The notes beneath the pieces were generated by a model. The model was not told where the DNA came from and did no database searches. It saw only the letters and a list, made by a program, of their open reading frames with translations. A program made the translations under genes and the position numbers. Of a DNA stretch of 64,000 bases, positions 12,444-25,773 are shown piece after piece. The stretch covers positions 1,798,001 to 1,862,000 of the forward strand of contig CM039000.1 of assembly GCA_017499595.2 (NCBI GenBank), given 5' to 3'. Within the stretch, counting starts at the first letter, position 1. Every line of letters begins with the position of its first letter. The stretch is from Psilocybe cubensis. Lineage: Eukaryota.

Positions 12444-15091
12444 ATGGAGGCTATCAAAAAGGTTTTTGAGAACAAAAAGGCGGAGGTATGTGGTATCGTT
12501 ATTTTATCTATTGCTGGTCCCCATGAATTAACAATTTTCTAGGGCATTCCTGCGTTGGTGACCTTTGTTACTGCAGGATATCCTCGTCCCGAAGATACTG
12601 TTCCCATCTTGCTGGCCATGGAGGCCGGTGGTGCTGATATCATCGAGCTTGGTATGCCATTTTCAGACCCAATTGCAGATGGTCCTGTCATCCAGGAAAC
12701 GAACACAGTGTGTTTTGATCTAAGCATGCGAGCTCCTAGTTTTTTGACAATCGTTCGTAGATCGCCGTTGCAAACCAGGTAGATTATACCACTGTTCTCG
12801 GACAACTTCGGGAAGCCCGCAAACAAGGGCTCAAGGCACCCGTTCTTCTGATGGGTATTATAATAAAACTGGTGATATCAGCACTGTTTGACACAATCTG
12901 GCAGGATATTATAACCCCATATTGGCTTACGGAGAAGACAGATCTATTCAAGATGCGGCTGAAGCTGGAGCCAATGGGTTTATTATGGTCGACCTTCCAC
13001 CCGAGGAGGCTGTCGCTTTTCGAGAGAAATGTATCAAATCCAAGTAAGTACATTTTTTATTTCGTATGCGCAGTAATTCAACAAATCATAAAGCCTCTCA
13101 TATGTTCCTCTAATTGCACCCTCAACGACTCTGTCGCGTATAAAGTTCCTCTCAACAATTGCAGACACGTTCATCTATGTCGTGTCTAAAGTGAGCCATT
13201 TTGTATATTTGATTCGGCTTCCAAAGATACCAATCATCACCTTAGATGGGAACCACCGGATCCTCAGAGAAGGTTGCCATGAATAACGCCCTTCCTACCA
13301 TCATCGATCGTATTCGCGAGTACGCTGAAGTTCCTTTAGCAGTCGGATTTGGAGTCGCCACTCGGGCTCACTTCAACTACGTCGCCGATTCCGGAGCTGA
13401 TGGTGTCGTTATTGGCACCAAACTCGTTAACGTTATTAAAGAGTCACCGCAAGGGGAAGCACCCAAAAATGTTGAGGCATACTGCCGTGAGATGAGCCAA
13501 AAGGGAGAAACAAATCGCGTCAAATCTCCACCAACTGCCCGTGCCGCCAGCTCCGAATCAATTCCTGTTGTTGTTCCTTCTGTTCTCCCCGCACGTTTCG
13601 GAGAATTCGGAGGACAATACGTTCCCGAAGCTCTTGTCGATTGTCTGGTTGAACTAGAAGAAGCTCACAAATCTGCCATGGCTGATCCTGAATTCCAGAA
13701 GGAACTACAATCGCATGCCGGATATGCAAATCGTCCTTCACAAATATACCTCGCCGAAAATCTCACCAAGGATGCTGGGGGTGCAAATATTTGGTTGAAA
13801 CGTGAAGATTTGTACGTTACTCACTCGTTTTAATGTGCCATATGCGGCTTCATTGACTTTGCAATCTGTATAGGAACCACACAGGTTCCCACAAAATCAA
13901 TAACGCTTTGGGACAAGTGCGAGCATCTTTATTTGGCCAACTAATTGTTAATAACCCATTTTATAAAGATTCTGCTTGCCCGGAGAATCGGAAAGACCAG
14001 AATTATCGCAGAAACAGGTGCCGGCCAGCATGGTGTTGCAACAGCGACTGTTTGCGCTAAGTTTGGAATGGAATGTGTTATCTACATGGGCGCAGAAGAT
14101 GTGCGACGGCAAGCTCTAAATGTATTCAGGATTGAGATGCTAGGAGCAAAAGTTGTTCCTGTTACTTCAGGATCATGCACATTGAAGGACGCTGTAAACG
14201 AGGCCTTCCGTGACTGGGTGACAAACCTTTCTACGACGCATTATTTGGTTGGCTCTGTAATTGGACCTCATCCCTTCCCCACCATTGTCCGAGATTTCCA
14301 AAAGGTCATTGGTCAAGAGATCAAGGCTCAGATGTTGGCCGCCCGCGGCAAACTTCCTGATGTCGTCGTCGCTTGTGTTGGTGGAGGAAGCAATGCTATC
14401 GGTACGTTCTATGATTTTATTGGCGACAAGAGTGTACGTCTAGTTGGGGTGGAAGCAGGAGGAGAAGGTTGGTTTGGATTACGTTAATTGTTTGTGGACA
14501 TCCCTCTGATCAAGTTTGATGCAGGTATTGACGGAGACCGACATAGCGCCACACTTTCGATGGGGCAACCGGGAGTACTTCACGGTGTTAGAACATATAT
14601 TCTACAAGACAAGGCCGGTCAAATCATCGAGACGCACTCAATCAGCGCTGGATTGGATTATCCCGGCGTTGGACCAGAACATGCTTGGCTAAAGGACTCT
14701 AAAAGAGCAGAATATGTTGTCGCCACAGACGAAGAAGCACTTCGCGGTTTCCGTATGCTAACACAAAGGGAGGGAATTATTCCTGGTAATGAAGAAGAGT
14801 CCTTATTGTGTAAGCAATGGTCTGACTAGTAATTGTAGCCCTTGAATCTTCCCATGCGATCTGGGAGGCCGTCAGGATTGCCCGCACCATGTCGAAGGAC
14901 CAGGATCTTGTTGTGGTATGTTCTCGTCTATTTCAAGTTTCGGGGACCGTTTTATTTAAATATTTTGTCAGTGTTTGTCTGGCCGAGGTGATAAAGACGT
15001 TGAGCAAATTTCTCAACTTCTTCCCAAGTGGGCGGATATTCTAGACTGGCATGTTTCTTCCCATGCCGTTGGACACACAACAAAATTCTAA
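12444..15091 (+). CDS. TRP1: Bifunctional tryptophan synthase (alpha-beta fusion), 11 exons
   Basis: Alpha: [24 protein letters not shown]; beta: [16 protein letters not shown] (PLP lysine), [42 protein letters not shown]; 10 GT-AG introns traced. Confidence 0.98.
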
Positions 15092-15358
15092 AGGCGATAT
15101 ATTGATCAACAAGCATATATAGAGATCGTAAATGTATAGCACATCAAAATATATTCATTCCTAGCAAATGGATCATTCGCGTTGCTAGTAGATAATAGCT
15201 GTAGGCTTAGGCGATTGAGGACCCTGACTGATTACCCAAATCGGATTTGAGATCAATATGATCGAAACAACAACAATTTATGACTCGGACAAAGCAATCA
15301 TTCTCGCATCTACCACAACCATTGGTAGCTTTGAACAGCTGTATCGAGACCGTAAAAG

Positions 15359-16793
15359 ATGGTGTCAGAACCTCGCAATGCAGCGGCCAATCGATCCGTA
15401 GAAATCCTTGCGTCTAAGTTGAGACGGCGGTCAGTACTCTTTGTGCTTGGAACAGCGATCTTTGCCCTCAATAGCCTCAATCATTAGGCAGATCGTTGGC
15501 TCAAGGGCTACTGCACTGGAAACTTTACTTGTATTGCGTCAAGTCATTGCAAAGGCGAGATTTTCCAACCTGGAACAGTTAGTGGCGATTATCCGAGATG
15601 TTGGGCGTAGATTGGTGGATGCACAGCCGAAGGGTATGCCTTGTGTTCCACTATCCAAATCTATGAATCCATGGTTGATGATGCTGAAGAGCACTCGGTC
15701 GGGAACACTGTACGAAAAGTTTTACATCATATACGAGAAGAGTTTCATGCTGCTACCCGAGGCGTTGAAGTATCTAAACCCGCTTCGTTCTCAATTTCAA
15801 AGTTCGTGCTGCAAGGCCAGCCACGGAAACAAGTTGCAGTGCAGAAATCGGAAGTCAAAGGAACGCTCAAAGAGAACGATCCGGACGATCCAGATTCGTT
15901 CGCCAGAGGTTTGAAACCCGTGCTTATGGAGGCCATACAAGATGTACTTGACGAGTTGGAAACGGTGTACGATAATGTGTCGAGAAATGCAAAGGACCAC
16001 ATACATTCCGAGTACGCCTCCTCACCGATATGCCAGAATCACTGTCTCATGTTGTTTTCAGTGAAATCATCCTGACGCTTGGAATGTCAAAAACAGTCGA
16101 GCAGTTCTTGAAGGCAGCAGCTCATGTCCGTAATTACTCGGTGATTGTTGCAGAAACCGCACCATCGTGAGTGGGTTCCCAGCATTTCGAAGAGCATAAA
16201 ATCATACATTATCACAGATATAACGGACGTGAGATGGCGAAGTCTTTGTCCTCTTCTGGAATATCTACATTTCTTGTTCCTGATTCCTCCATATTTGCAC
16301 TTATGTCGCGCGTAAACAAGGTCATACTGGGTGCCCATGTTATTCTTGCAAATGGAGGGATGTTTGCTGTCAGTGGGTCGCTAATGGCGGCCACTGCAGC
16401 TCGAGCACACAGCACTCCGGTTGTCGTGTGCGCCGGTCAATTCAAATTAACACCACTGTGGAACCTCTACCATGAATATGGCGCCTTGGATTTTGGCAAT
16501 CCCAGTGATGTCCTTGGCTTCGAGAACGGAGACTTAGTCGATAAAGTCGACGTTGTAAACCCATATTACGATTACGTGCAACCAGAGTTGATCGATGCGT
16601 ATATTACTAATGAGTAAGCTTTACTTTTCTTTGGTTTCATGCCGTCTCTAACATTCTATGTTAGCGGCGACCATCCTCCATCATCAATATACAGGTATAC
16701 ATCCTGATAATCGACGCGTCTTCTCGAATTAATTTTTGACTTTCTCCTAGGTTGTTAAAGGAAACATATGATGATGAAGATAACGAACTTTGA
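15359..16793 (+). CDS. GCD7: Translation initiation factor eIF2B beta subunit
   Basis: RQIVGSRATALETL, VGNTVRKVLHHIREE, AKDHIHS-EIILT, VIVAETAP, MSRVNKVILGAH, VVNPYYDYV. Confidence 0.93.
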
Positions 16794-16884
16794 AATAGAA
16801 AAACACTGTAAAATAGCCTACGGAAGGCAAAAGCTGACACAGATCGATATTCATTGACTAATATAATCTGGCCTACACTCAGCG

Positions 16885-19858
16885 TTACTTTTTATTGCTG
16901 AGGATCTCAAAAAATGCCTCTTGAGGAAGATCAACTGTACCCATCTTCTTCATTTTTCGCTTCCCTTCCTTCTGGTTTTCTAAGTGCTTCATTTTACGTT
17001 CATAGTGACCCCCGTAAAGTCCAGCAGTAACGTCTGCTCGCATGGCTTTCAAAGTTTCTCGGGCAATGACTTTCTTGCCTACAGCGGCTTGAATAGGCAC
17101 CTCGAATAACTGTTTTGGGATAACTTTATCTACACGAGTGTTAGCGGTGAATATGGGAGTTGCAAACGAAATGACATACGAAGCTTCTTAACCCATTGTC
17201 GACCAATAGCATCTTGGGCGGAGCGATGGACAATTAAAGCAAGAGCATCCACAGGCTTGCCGTTGAGCAGAAATACCATCTACTACCAGTCAGCGAGTTG
17301 CATCGAATTCGTAGAAATTTAATAATACCTTAGCAAGATCACTACTTCTATAACCAGCGTCTTCATAGCTATCGCCGATGATAAATCCATAGCGGCACAC
17401 ATTACGGGCAGTTAGACTACTTACTCAAAGCTGGCAAAGCCAGAGCTTCGACTTTTCAATTGGTCGAAAAAGTCAGTAACGATCTCACTTAGCGGAAGTA
17501 TGCAATTTAACATAATCCTTGCAGATGTAGTCCCGGAGTCGAGGTATCGATGTTCCAAGTCTTCCCCACGATGAGAATAGCACAGCTCCATCATGTCCCC
17601 GAAATATTCTGAGGAGAAAGTTTAATGTAGAAACTTGAACCGCGGACACTGCATGACAGGAACGAACCTTCGGGCACAATGATTGACGCTTTCACTACAG
17701 GTTCCTGTACCTCTTTGACACGTACGCCCATGTCACCGACATCCGGGAAGTCTGTTGGGTTGCTGATAAGAACTTCTTTATCTTTGTAAATGACTAAATT
17801 GACCGGTTAATATCCACAAAATTGCCATAGAACATAACATACGTTTGTAGGGCACAGTCGGGGCCGTAATGATCACATTAGCATCGTATTCGTCTTCGAG
17901 TCGTTGACGGAAAACATCCATGTGCAATGTGCCAAGAAAACCCAACCGACAACCCTGACCTAATGCCGAGGAAGATTCTCTCTGAACAGTGACACTTCTG
18001 TCAGTGAGTGTGAGCTTCAGTAACGTAGATTAGTATATATATAACAGATCCCAGAGTATTTTGTACCCTGTTGATGGATTCCTCCAGTTTGGGAAAATCA
18101 CTGTTGTCGATGGGGTATACACCAGCAAAAACCTTGAAGCTAGGTTAGACAATTCTCGTAATGTAGCGTTATTCTTGTGGCTAAACACTCACCATGGCCT
18201 TCGTCGGTTGGAAACCAGCCATAGGCTCAACAGTTTCACCAACCCGGTGTATTGTATCCCCAATGTGAGCTTTGAAGAGGTCAGAATATTATAATACCAT
18301 TCAGCGAATTACAAGCACACCTTCGGAAGATTGCTTCATATTGCAAGCGATGTAGCCAACTTGGCCGGGGTTCAAACTCTTGGTTGGAATTTCTTCAGGA
18401 TACATTATACCCAATTCTGTGATCTCATATTTCTTTCTGGTGTAACATGAAGCAATTTTGTCGCCTAAAGGGTTATTCAACACCGTCCCATGAGAACGAT
18501 GTGAGCTTGATTGTTATACCTTTACGTAGGACACCTCCTTGTACACTGACCAACGAAATTACACCACGATATTTATCGTACCTTGAAAAGGTTTAGATTA
18601 ATTGCCAAGGAAAAGAAAATAGTAGTGACTCACATAGAATCAAATAAAAAGGCTTTTAACGGCGAATCCGCGCTTGCTACTGGAGGAGGGATCCTGTCTA
18701 TTATTGCGGCAAGCACCGCATCTACACCTTTCCCTGTCTTTGCAGAGATATGTAATATCTCTGAGGGATCTATGCCGAATGTGGACTGCATCTGCGCAGC
18801 GATTCGTTCCGGCTGTGAGGCAGGTAAATCTATCTATCAACAGAAGACGGTCAAATTCGAAACTGGAACATCCGGAGCAATCCGCCTTACCTTGTTCAAA
18901 ACGGGTATAATTTTGAGTCCTCGCTCTTTGGCGTTATGGAATACGGATATAGATTGGGCTTGGACACCTTGACTAGCATCAACCTAATTGTTTGTCAACA
19001 CAAGGCTGAAGTTTCGCAGAGATAGACTTGCATACAAGGAGAACTGCCCCTTGGCATGCAGCAAGTGACCGAGATACTTCCCAGGCGAAATCAACATGAC
19101 CCTGTTGCATTGTAAGAAAATGGTATATTGAGACACAGATCACTCACAGGCGTATCAATCAGGTTTAACAAGTAGTCTTTGCCGTTAAATTTGTGAATCA
19201 TACTGATAAACATTAATTCGCGAATATTTGGATGCACAAAGTTGGCAATAGCATACCTGGCGGTTTGAGCTTTCACTGAATAGATAAATTTCAATGAGGA
19301 GATTGAAATGCTTTAGAGGATAAAATCTCTTAACCTGTGATGCCGCGTTCCCTTTCAACTTTGAGCTTGTCAAGAACTTGCTCATTCTTTCCACCCGAGA
19401 CCTTTTTGTTGATAGTGCCTGTCAACTGTTGCTCCTTTTTAGTCATAGACACATTCTTCAGAAACAACGGGATCACCTCTAGTAATCTATTCAAATTGAG
19501 CAAGCTACCCATATTAAAGCAATAAAGCTTACCGATCTGCCAGAGTCGACTTGCCGTGATCTTTCAGACCAGCAAGTGAGTATCATCCTTGGTATTCCTT
19601 TAAGGTCTCGAAGTTCCCGTACCAATGTGGGCAATGATAGAAAAATTCCTACGTCTAGCATTTAGTTGGTGAAAGTTTCCGAAGTTAAATGAGTTACCGT
19701 ATTACATCGCATGGATAGTCCTCCATGGTCGGAACGACAGCTTTTGGGGCATTGCATGGTATCGTGGCGCTGAAATAGCGATGAGGAGGGAAAAAATTAC
19801 GTCTTGTTAGAGACCTCTCTAGCACACGTAAGCATGCATTTTGCCATATGGACTGCAT
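16885..19858 (-). CDS. GUF1: Mitochondrial translation factor GUF1 (EF4/LepA), about 20 exons
   Basis: [70 protein letters not shown]; Arg-rich N-terminal presequence. Confidence 0.96.
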
Positions 19859-20080
19859 GTACAGCAAAGATAATGGGTAGGTGCCAGATTATGTACTGGC
19901 GCGTCGAGCGCGACTATGCGGGCGTACGTTGAACGAGCAGCGGTTAGGACTAAATTGAGCAGCAAAAGTTTCGATCAGTGCTTAGTCAGCTAATTGTTCA
20001 GCCAAGAGCGCCAAGAGAATCCGGCCAAACTGCACAACTTGTTCTCATTCATAAACCCTAATAAACATCGTCTCTCTTTC

Positions 20081-20726
20081 ATGTCCCTCCAAGAGGCTTC
20101 CGAGGCTCGAAAGGCGCGTCTCATAGCGTTGCGCAAAAGAAAGGCAGGAGAACTAGTAGATGAGAATGGGTTAGTTCATCGCCCTCGATTTGTTACTGTT
20201 GCTAAATTTTGGTCTGTTCGTAATCCAGAGCTGTTGAGCCCCTCATAAAGAACCGGAATTTTGACCCCGAGTCACGGGCATTAAAGAAGCATACCCGAGA
20301 AGACATTATCATGGAAGACACTGTCGAACACCAAGTTAAAGGTCTTGCAGAACAGATTATTGCTGATGATGAGAAACGAAGAGCTCAGGAACTCGTGCGT
20401 CCACATGAATTGTTCCCTTGATTTTGACCAAATGCTTACAATAGTCAAATAGGATGTGTTCAATATCGCTCCAAAACGACCGAACTGGGATCTGAAGCGT
20501 GAGACAGAGAAAAAGCTGGCGAAGCTGGAAAGACGAACACAAGAAGCAATACACACCCTTATTCGTCAGTGACTTTTGATGCGTTTCTGGAACTTACAAT
20601 CGAGCTTCAGAAACAGGACAGCGGCTAGCTGCTCAAAAGGGTGACTCTGATGACTTGGTTGGAGCCATGAAAGCTCAAGAAAGACAGAATGCCTCAGAAT
20701 CTCTATCAGATGACGAGGACGACTAG
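20081..20726 (+). CDS. cwf18: Pre-mRNA splicing factor cwf18/CCDC12
   Basis: EARKARLIALRKRK, RNFDPE, DVFNIAPKRPNWDLKRETEKKLAKLERRTQEAI; 3 introns. Confidence 0.92.
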
Positions 20727-21413
20727 ATGCAGGACACCAAGTGAGCGCGTTTAGTAGTCTCACCACCTACGAATCTGGCTGCTTATCTCCCCATTAGCTC
20801 TTCATGTTGAAACACGATACGCGTACGACTGCTAAATTCCGGCTCTAAACCTTTGGGTTGCAGCTTTGCTTGAGAGAAGTCCCTGCCAGATGGGGTATAC
20901 CGTGATACCTTTCGTTCTGAGGCAAACGTGGGTAGTTCGTCTCGGAATCGATAATACTGTAAAGACGGTATCATTCGGTCCATCTGCAGCATGTTTTAGT
21001 CTACTCTTCAGTCGCACTCTGATATTATTCAATACTGATGTGAACAGCTGTGGTCCTGCACGCAGATTCACTCCTACATGCAATTGGACAACGTAAGAGA
21101 GCAGTTGCTCGATGCATCGAGGACAAGTGTGGTACTCCTTCCACGCTGTCGCAGAGATCTTAGATAAAAGTGATGTTCGAAGAAGAGCGAAGACTAAGTT
21201 CTTGGGCTCACACGCCAGTGGATCAAACTTGCAGATGCCTAGTTTATGCAATGCTCTGTCTTGGGTTATAATCCGTGGGATAGACTATGCCAGATCCAAT
21301 GGTCGGACCAAGACCGTTAAAGCTAAGTCAAATCAATGCATATTTCACCCATAAACTTATATATTAGATGAATACACCGCTGAAAAAAGGAAGAAGGAAT
21401 TTGAGCCGACTCT

Positions 21414-22352
21414 TTACTTCACATGTCTAGAATTCAACATTTGGATCAGGCGTTGGTCTTCAGGAAGTCTAGTGCCTGGTGTTCGCGTTGAAGTTAATCC
21501 CGGAGGGGGCGGGCCAACGCTGGCGTGTATCGTCGATAACGACGGAAGAAGATTTTGAGCGTTTGAGTCTTGGGAGTATCCTCGATGACCGCTGGTTCCT
21601 TGGTCTTCGTCATCACTACGAGAACGTGCTTTGCCTGTGCGATAGATTCCAGACGGTACAATCATTGTCCGGAGGATTGGATCGTGGTCTATAGTCGGCA
21701 GGTGAGGCAAATCGGCATAGGTGAAATATGCGGTGAGATGCCACTTTTGAGGCCTAGTATGAGAATTTGGCAGCACCCAGGCCGAGTATGCTTGTTTAAC
21801 CAGACCTGGGTGATGATTTGCGGTGCGACCCTGGTGGGATAGAGCAGAGGAAGAAGGACCAGGACGAGCAACTCCGTCAACAAAACGAAAAGCGGGAGCC
21901 CTATTGTTATATTTAGTTCGTGATATTTATGAGACAGGAATATCATACCGATTGGTCTCATTCGCTGCTTGTGCGGCGTCGTACGGCATTTTTTCATCAT
22001 AGAAAAGATACGGCTGTTATCATTCGTAATGAGTAGCGTTCATTCCATGTCCCGAGTCTCAATTTACTTCTCTCATCCGACTTTGACCCCATACACGACC
22101 ATCTGAAGGTCAATAATGAGAATCATGAGTTGTTAAAGGATAAAAGATTTTACCAGTCCAGCGTTTCAGCCCGCTGTCATCGTCCCTTTCGAACCAGACA
22201 AATATGGCCCCGGAACGAATGAGCATGCCTCGCTCCATGTCGTTAAGCCGCCGGGTAACAGGTGGCAGAAAGCCTTGCCGCACCGCCTCAAAGACGATAT
22301 GAGCGTCATGGGCGTCTCTGACGTGAAGACGTTGGTGTGTGGCCTGTTGCAT
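21414..22352 (-). CDS. Gti1/Pac2 (WOPR) family transcription factor
   Basis: DAHIVFEAVRQGFLPPVTRRL, IRSGAIFVW, GLKRWTDGRVWGQSR, GLVKQAYS, KWHLTAYF; 3 introns. Confidence 0.93.
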
Positions 22353-23323
22353 GGTTTGGGTTCAAGATTGCATTCCAGAAAGCGCTCTTTTATACGTTGC
22401 AGGAAAGATCTTAACTCTGGTTCGTGAGAGGCAAATGTTGGTGCGACAAACCCTAACAAATGTGTCGGGAAATCGAAGAGCACTAAAAGTACAAAAAATA
22501 TGTCATCCGCGATATCCATGGATGACGATACAAGAACATGGGTCTGGTACATGTCTCCCTGTGAAGCATTCGGAACGAAGTCGTCAACACGTGGATATCT
22601 ACGGTAGCTGGTACTGCTGGGAAATCGAAACGAAGAAACGCGTTAATCTTCGGATTTCCTGAAAGCGGCGAGGGATGTTTTAACCCCAACAGTAACCGAA
22701 GGTCGTCCAGTGTCAAGCATATGACAGAGCAGAAGCCTGGCACCTCCATATCAGTGGCAAGTGAAGGGATGGAGTGGCCCACTGTTTCGGGGAGCAATTG
22801 AAAGTGTATTATAGAACCACCCACGCGACGAAATATGATTGACGGGATCGCAGGAAGAAGAAAACAAAACAGTCGCCCGAGCCGGAATAACTTGTAAAGG
22901 GGACTGCACAATATAGCTATCAATTGGGAGCGTAACTCGAAGTTCAATACACCAAAGTTTGCATGTTGCAAGGGCAAGAAGGTCAGCATACGAGCAGTGA
23001 CCGTTGAATAATTGGGGTTCAAAGCACGCTAATCGATTTGGTATAAATGCTATTATGTGACTTAGAGCCATATTGCCAGGAGCTGACTGAAAACCAAGTA
23101 TAGAGGAGGGCGAATGAAATGGTTTCCGGGATTTCGGGACTTGATGACTGGTGGCAAGGAATAAAATGAAATCGAAGTCACGGACTCGCCTGATTACATG
23201 TCCAGATTCGGATGTGTGGCTATCACAGCTGGGCAACTCATTGTCATTCACGCCGTCGCCGGTGTCCATCGTACTACAACCTCTCTCTTCTCCGTGTATA
23301 TTACTTTCCTTTCTTCTCTCGTA

Positions 23324-24622
23324 ATGGATTCCGAATCAGATCTTCCTCTTCGTCGTGTTCCAACTCTTGTGTCACTATGCCAGCGAGGTGAGTCCACATT
23401 CAGAGCCACACAGCAGACCTGATTCTGAACCCAATCGGGCTTTTCGCAGCTGCCATTGGGCAAGGAGTCGAATGTGAGTTGCTTTTACCTCTTCGTCTAA
23501 ACGACATTGCTTGACCATTGTTCTCCATAGCCATCTTCACTCTAGGGAGCGACTTAACTTATTCCCTTGTAAAGCCCATTTTAGAAAAGTGTAATGCTGA
23601 ACAACTCTCTCGATTTGAACATTTGTCTCCAGTGGGTTTCTTTAGCTCAGAGGTACTCATTTACAGTGCTCTTATGTATTGGTCTTAACAGCACCTTCAG
23701 AAAGATACACCAGGTACGTGACTACTCCGGTATTACTTTATTTCTATATATTTAAAGGAATCTCGCAGAGTTATGGAAAGCACGGTGTTTCTCAGATTAT
23801 CCTTTGCCGGCAGAGAGATATATAGACGATGATCCAGAGGAACCAGAAACGTGGAGGTCAAGATTTTTGGTAAGTCGTCTTGACCTCGGACAGAATTTAA
23901 TGTTGACGAAGAACCTACTAGGAACTGCGAGAATCAGAATCAAAGCGAATGGACGAGTTAGCATCTAAGCTTCGTACCCAACGAATGGAGGCTGATGAAC
24001 GCAAGAAAGAGAAGGAAGTCAAATATACCGACCGTGTTCCCAGTGCAAAACGCCCAAGATATGGATGTAAGACTTACTCTTTCCGATTTTTAAGCAACTT
24101 ATAGTAATTTACAATGCTTAAATCTTCTTGGGAAATTCAGCAACTCAGCCCAAGACTTTGTTTCAGAAGACTAAATCCGACGCTTCCAAAGTTCAACGTG
24201 CTTATTATAACACGCGAGTGATTCCACCGATGCCAGCGTCCAAGAAACACCGAGTTCTTCCCCAAAACCCTGGTGCGACTCTGTCACCTGTACCTTCATC
24301 ATCGTCCGGAAGCCGCGTTGTAGTCAACACAGTTATTCGGCGACCTCTCGTTTCGACTTCAAGTTCCGCTGCTTCAGGCAGCTTGGTAGGGAGGGCGCGA
24401 GTCTCTACGCTCAAAGCGCCCTCTTCTCATCCGTTTCCATCGGATGCTCCCAATTCGCCTTCAATATCTGAGAGACCAGATGCACATTCTTCGAATAGTT
24501 CCTTGCCACACACGGTGGTCGACCCTCCGCGACCTATGGCAAAATTACCAACGCCTAAAAAGGATCCAATGGCATCTCTATTCGTTCCTAAGCGTAAACC
24601 ACCACCACAACGTTCTGTGTAG
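23324..24622 (+). CDS. Elongin A (RNA Pol II elongation factor SIII subunit A)
   Basis: BC-box VPTLVSLCQR, LVKPILEKCNAEQLSRFEHLSPHL, LWKARCFSDY; several short exons. Confidence 0.85.
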
Positions 24623-25773
24623 CATCTTACTTCTGGCCTTTTGTACTAACCAATGTATATCTTCTAACAGTGTCTCAACAAATTCCGGGAAACCATCAAT
24701 CTCATTTTATCAGATAGCCTCACATGTGTATCTCCCTTGATTCCTCGCCTCTTCAGATATTTATGTACATGCCTGTTGTATTTTGTACAACTACTAGTCA
24801 TTCGATTGCGGAAAAGAGAGCCTCTTTCTACCCGAATTGTAACCGTTACCTTTGACATGTAATCACTGTAAAAGTACCATAACATCGGTTTACCTCCTCT
24901 ATCCGGTACTTTCCAGGAGTCGTTGGTTGAGTGTCAAGGGGCAGCTGGCATATTTTCAGCGACAACTCATCGTCAACTGTTCTATCTTTGTATTTCCAGT
25001 CGAATTGCCTCCACTTTCTCATAAAGCTTGTAGTAGGCACACACCTTATTATATTCTTAGATTTGCCAGTGCCGAGGACTTCTAGAGTTCTCTGCGGGTA
25101 GGCAATCTGCGTACCGAAGACATGGAACCGGCCTGAAAATATAAGATGCACCAAACAGGTTTACTTTGTTATCTTGTGATCATTGACGAGTACATTTACA
25201 TGGTTTGTGAGCTGTGACTAATGGTAAGGGGAAACCTCAGTGCTATCTGTGTAAACAAATATAGGTCGTTTCCAACTTTAGCAGCAAGGCAGCAATAGAT
25301 GGATGTCGGTGTGTGTGTACGCTGTTCGGCATTCATGGACGGAGGCAAGGTAGGAATGTCAAATACAGGCGAGAAAAAGCATTACTTCTAAGGTGACCGA
25401 TGGGATGAAATGCAACATTGTCCACGTGTTAATGGGTGGATTGTACCTATGCAAAAAAAGAAGCTAGTATGAATAACAAGGGACTGGGTCGTGAGCAATC
25501 TGACTGAATGAAACAATGCGATGTGTATGAGAGCAATGAGATATGTCCTGGTTATGCTTGCGAGTAGAAATAGTCGTGTGGAAGAAGGGGGCGTGGCAGA
25601 TGTCGGACGCCATGGCAAAAAATAAAAAGCGCGACATCGATCCAACAGCTTGGAACACTGGATGCACCGGTATTATGTTGGTCTGAATAACCACCTCCCG
25701 TAGAAAGCTTTGCTTTCATATGCTGGGTGGCGCTGGACGATGCGCTATCACAGTTGACGCCATTTTCGTCCAA

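Noticed and set aside
12855-12914. TATTATAA at both the start of TRP1 intron 3 and the start of the next exon
   Set aside because: AT-rich 8-mer, offset by one base; plausible by chance
22483-23269. Two ORFs of about 175 aa between Gti1/Pac2 and Elongin A
   Set aside because: Non-ATG starts, no family motifs; consistent with chance ORFs in a divergent promoter
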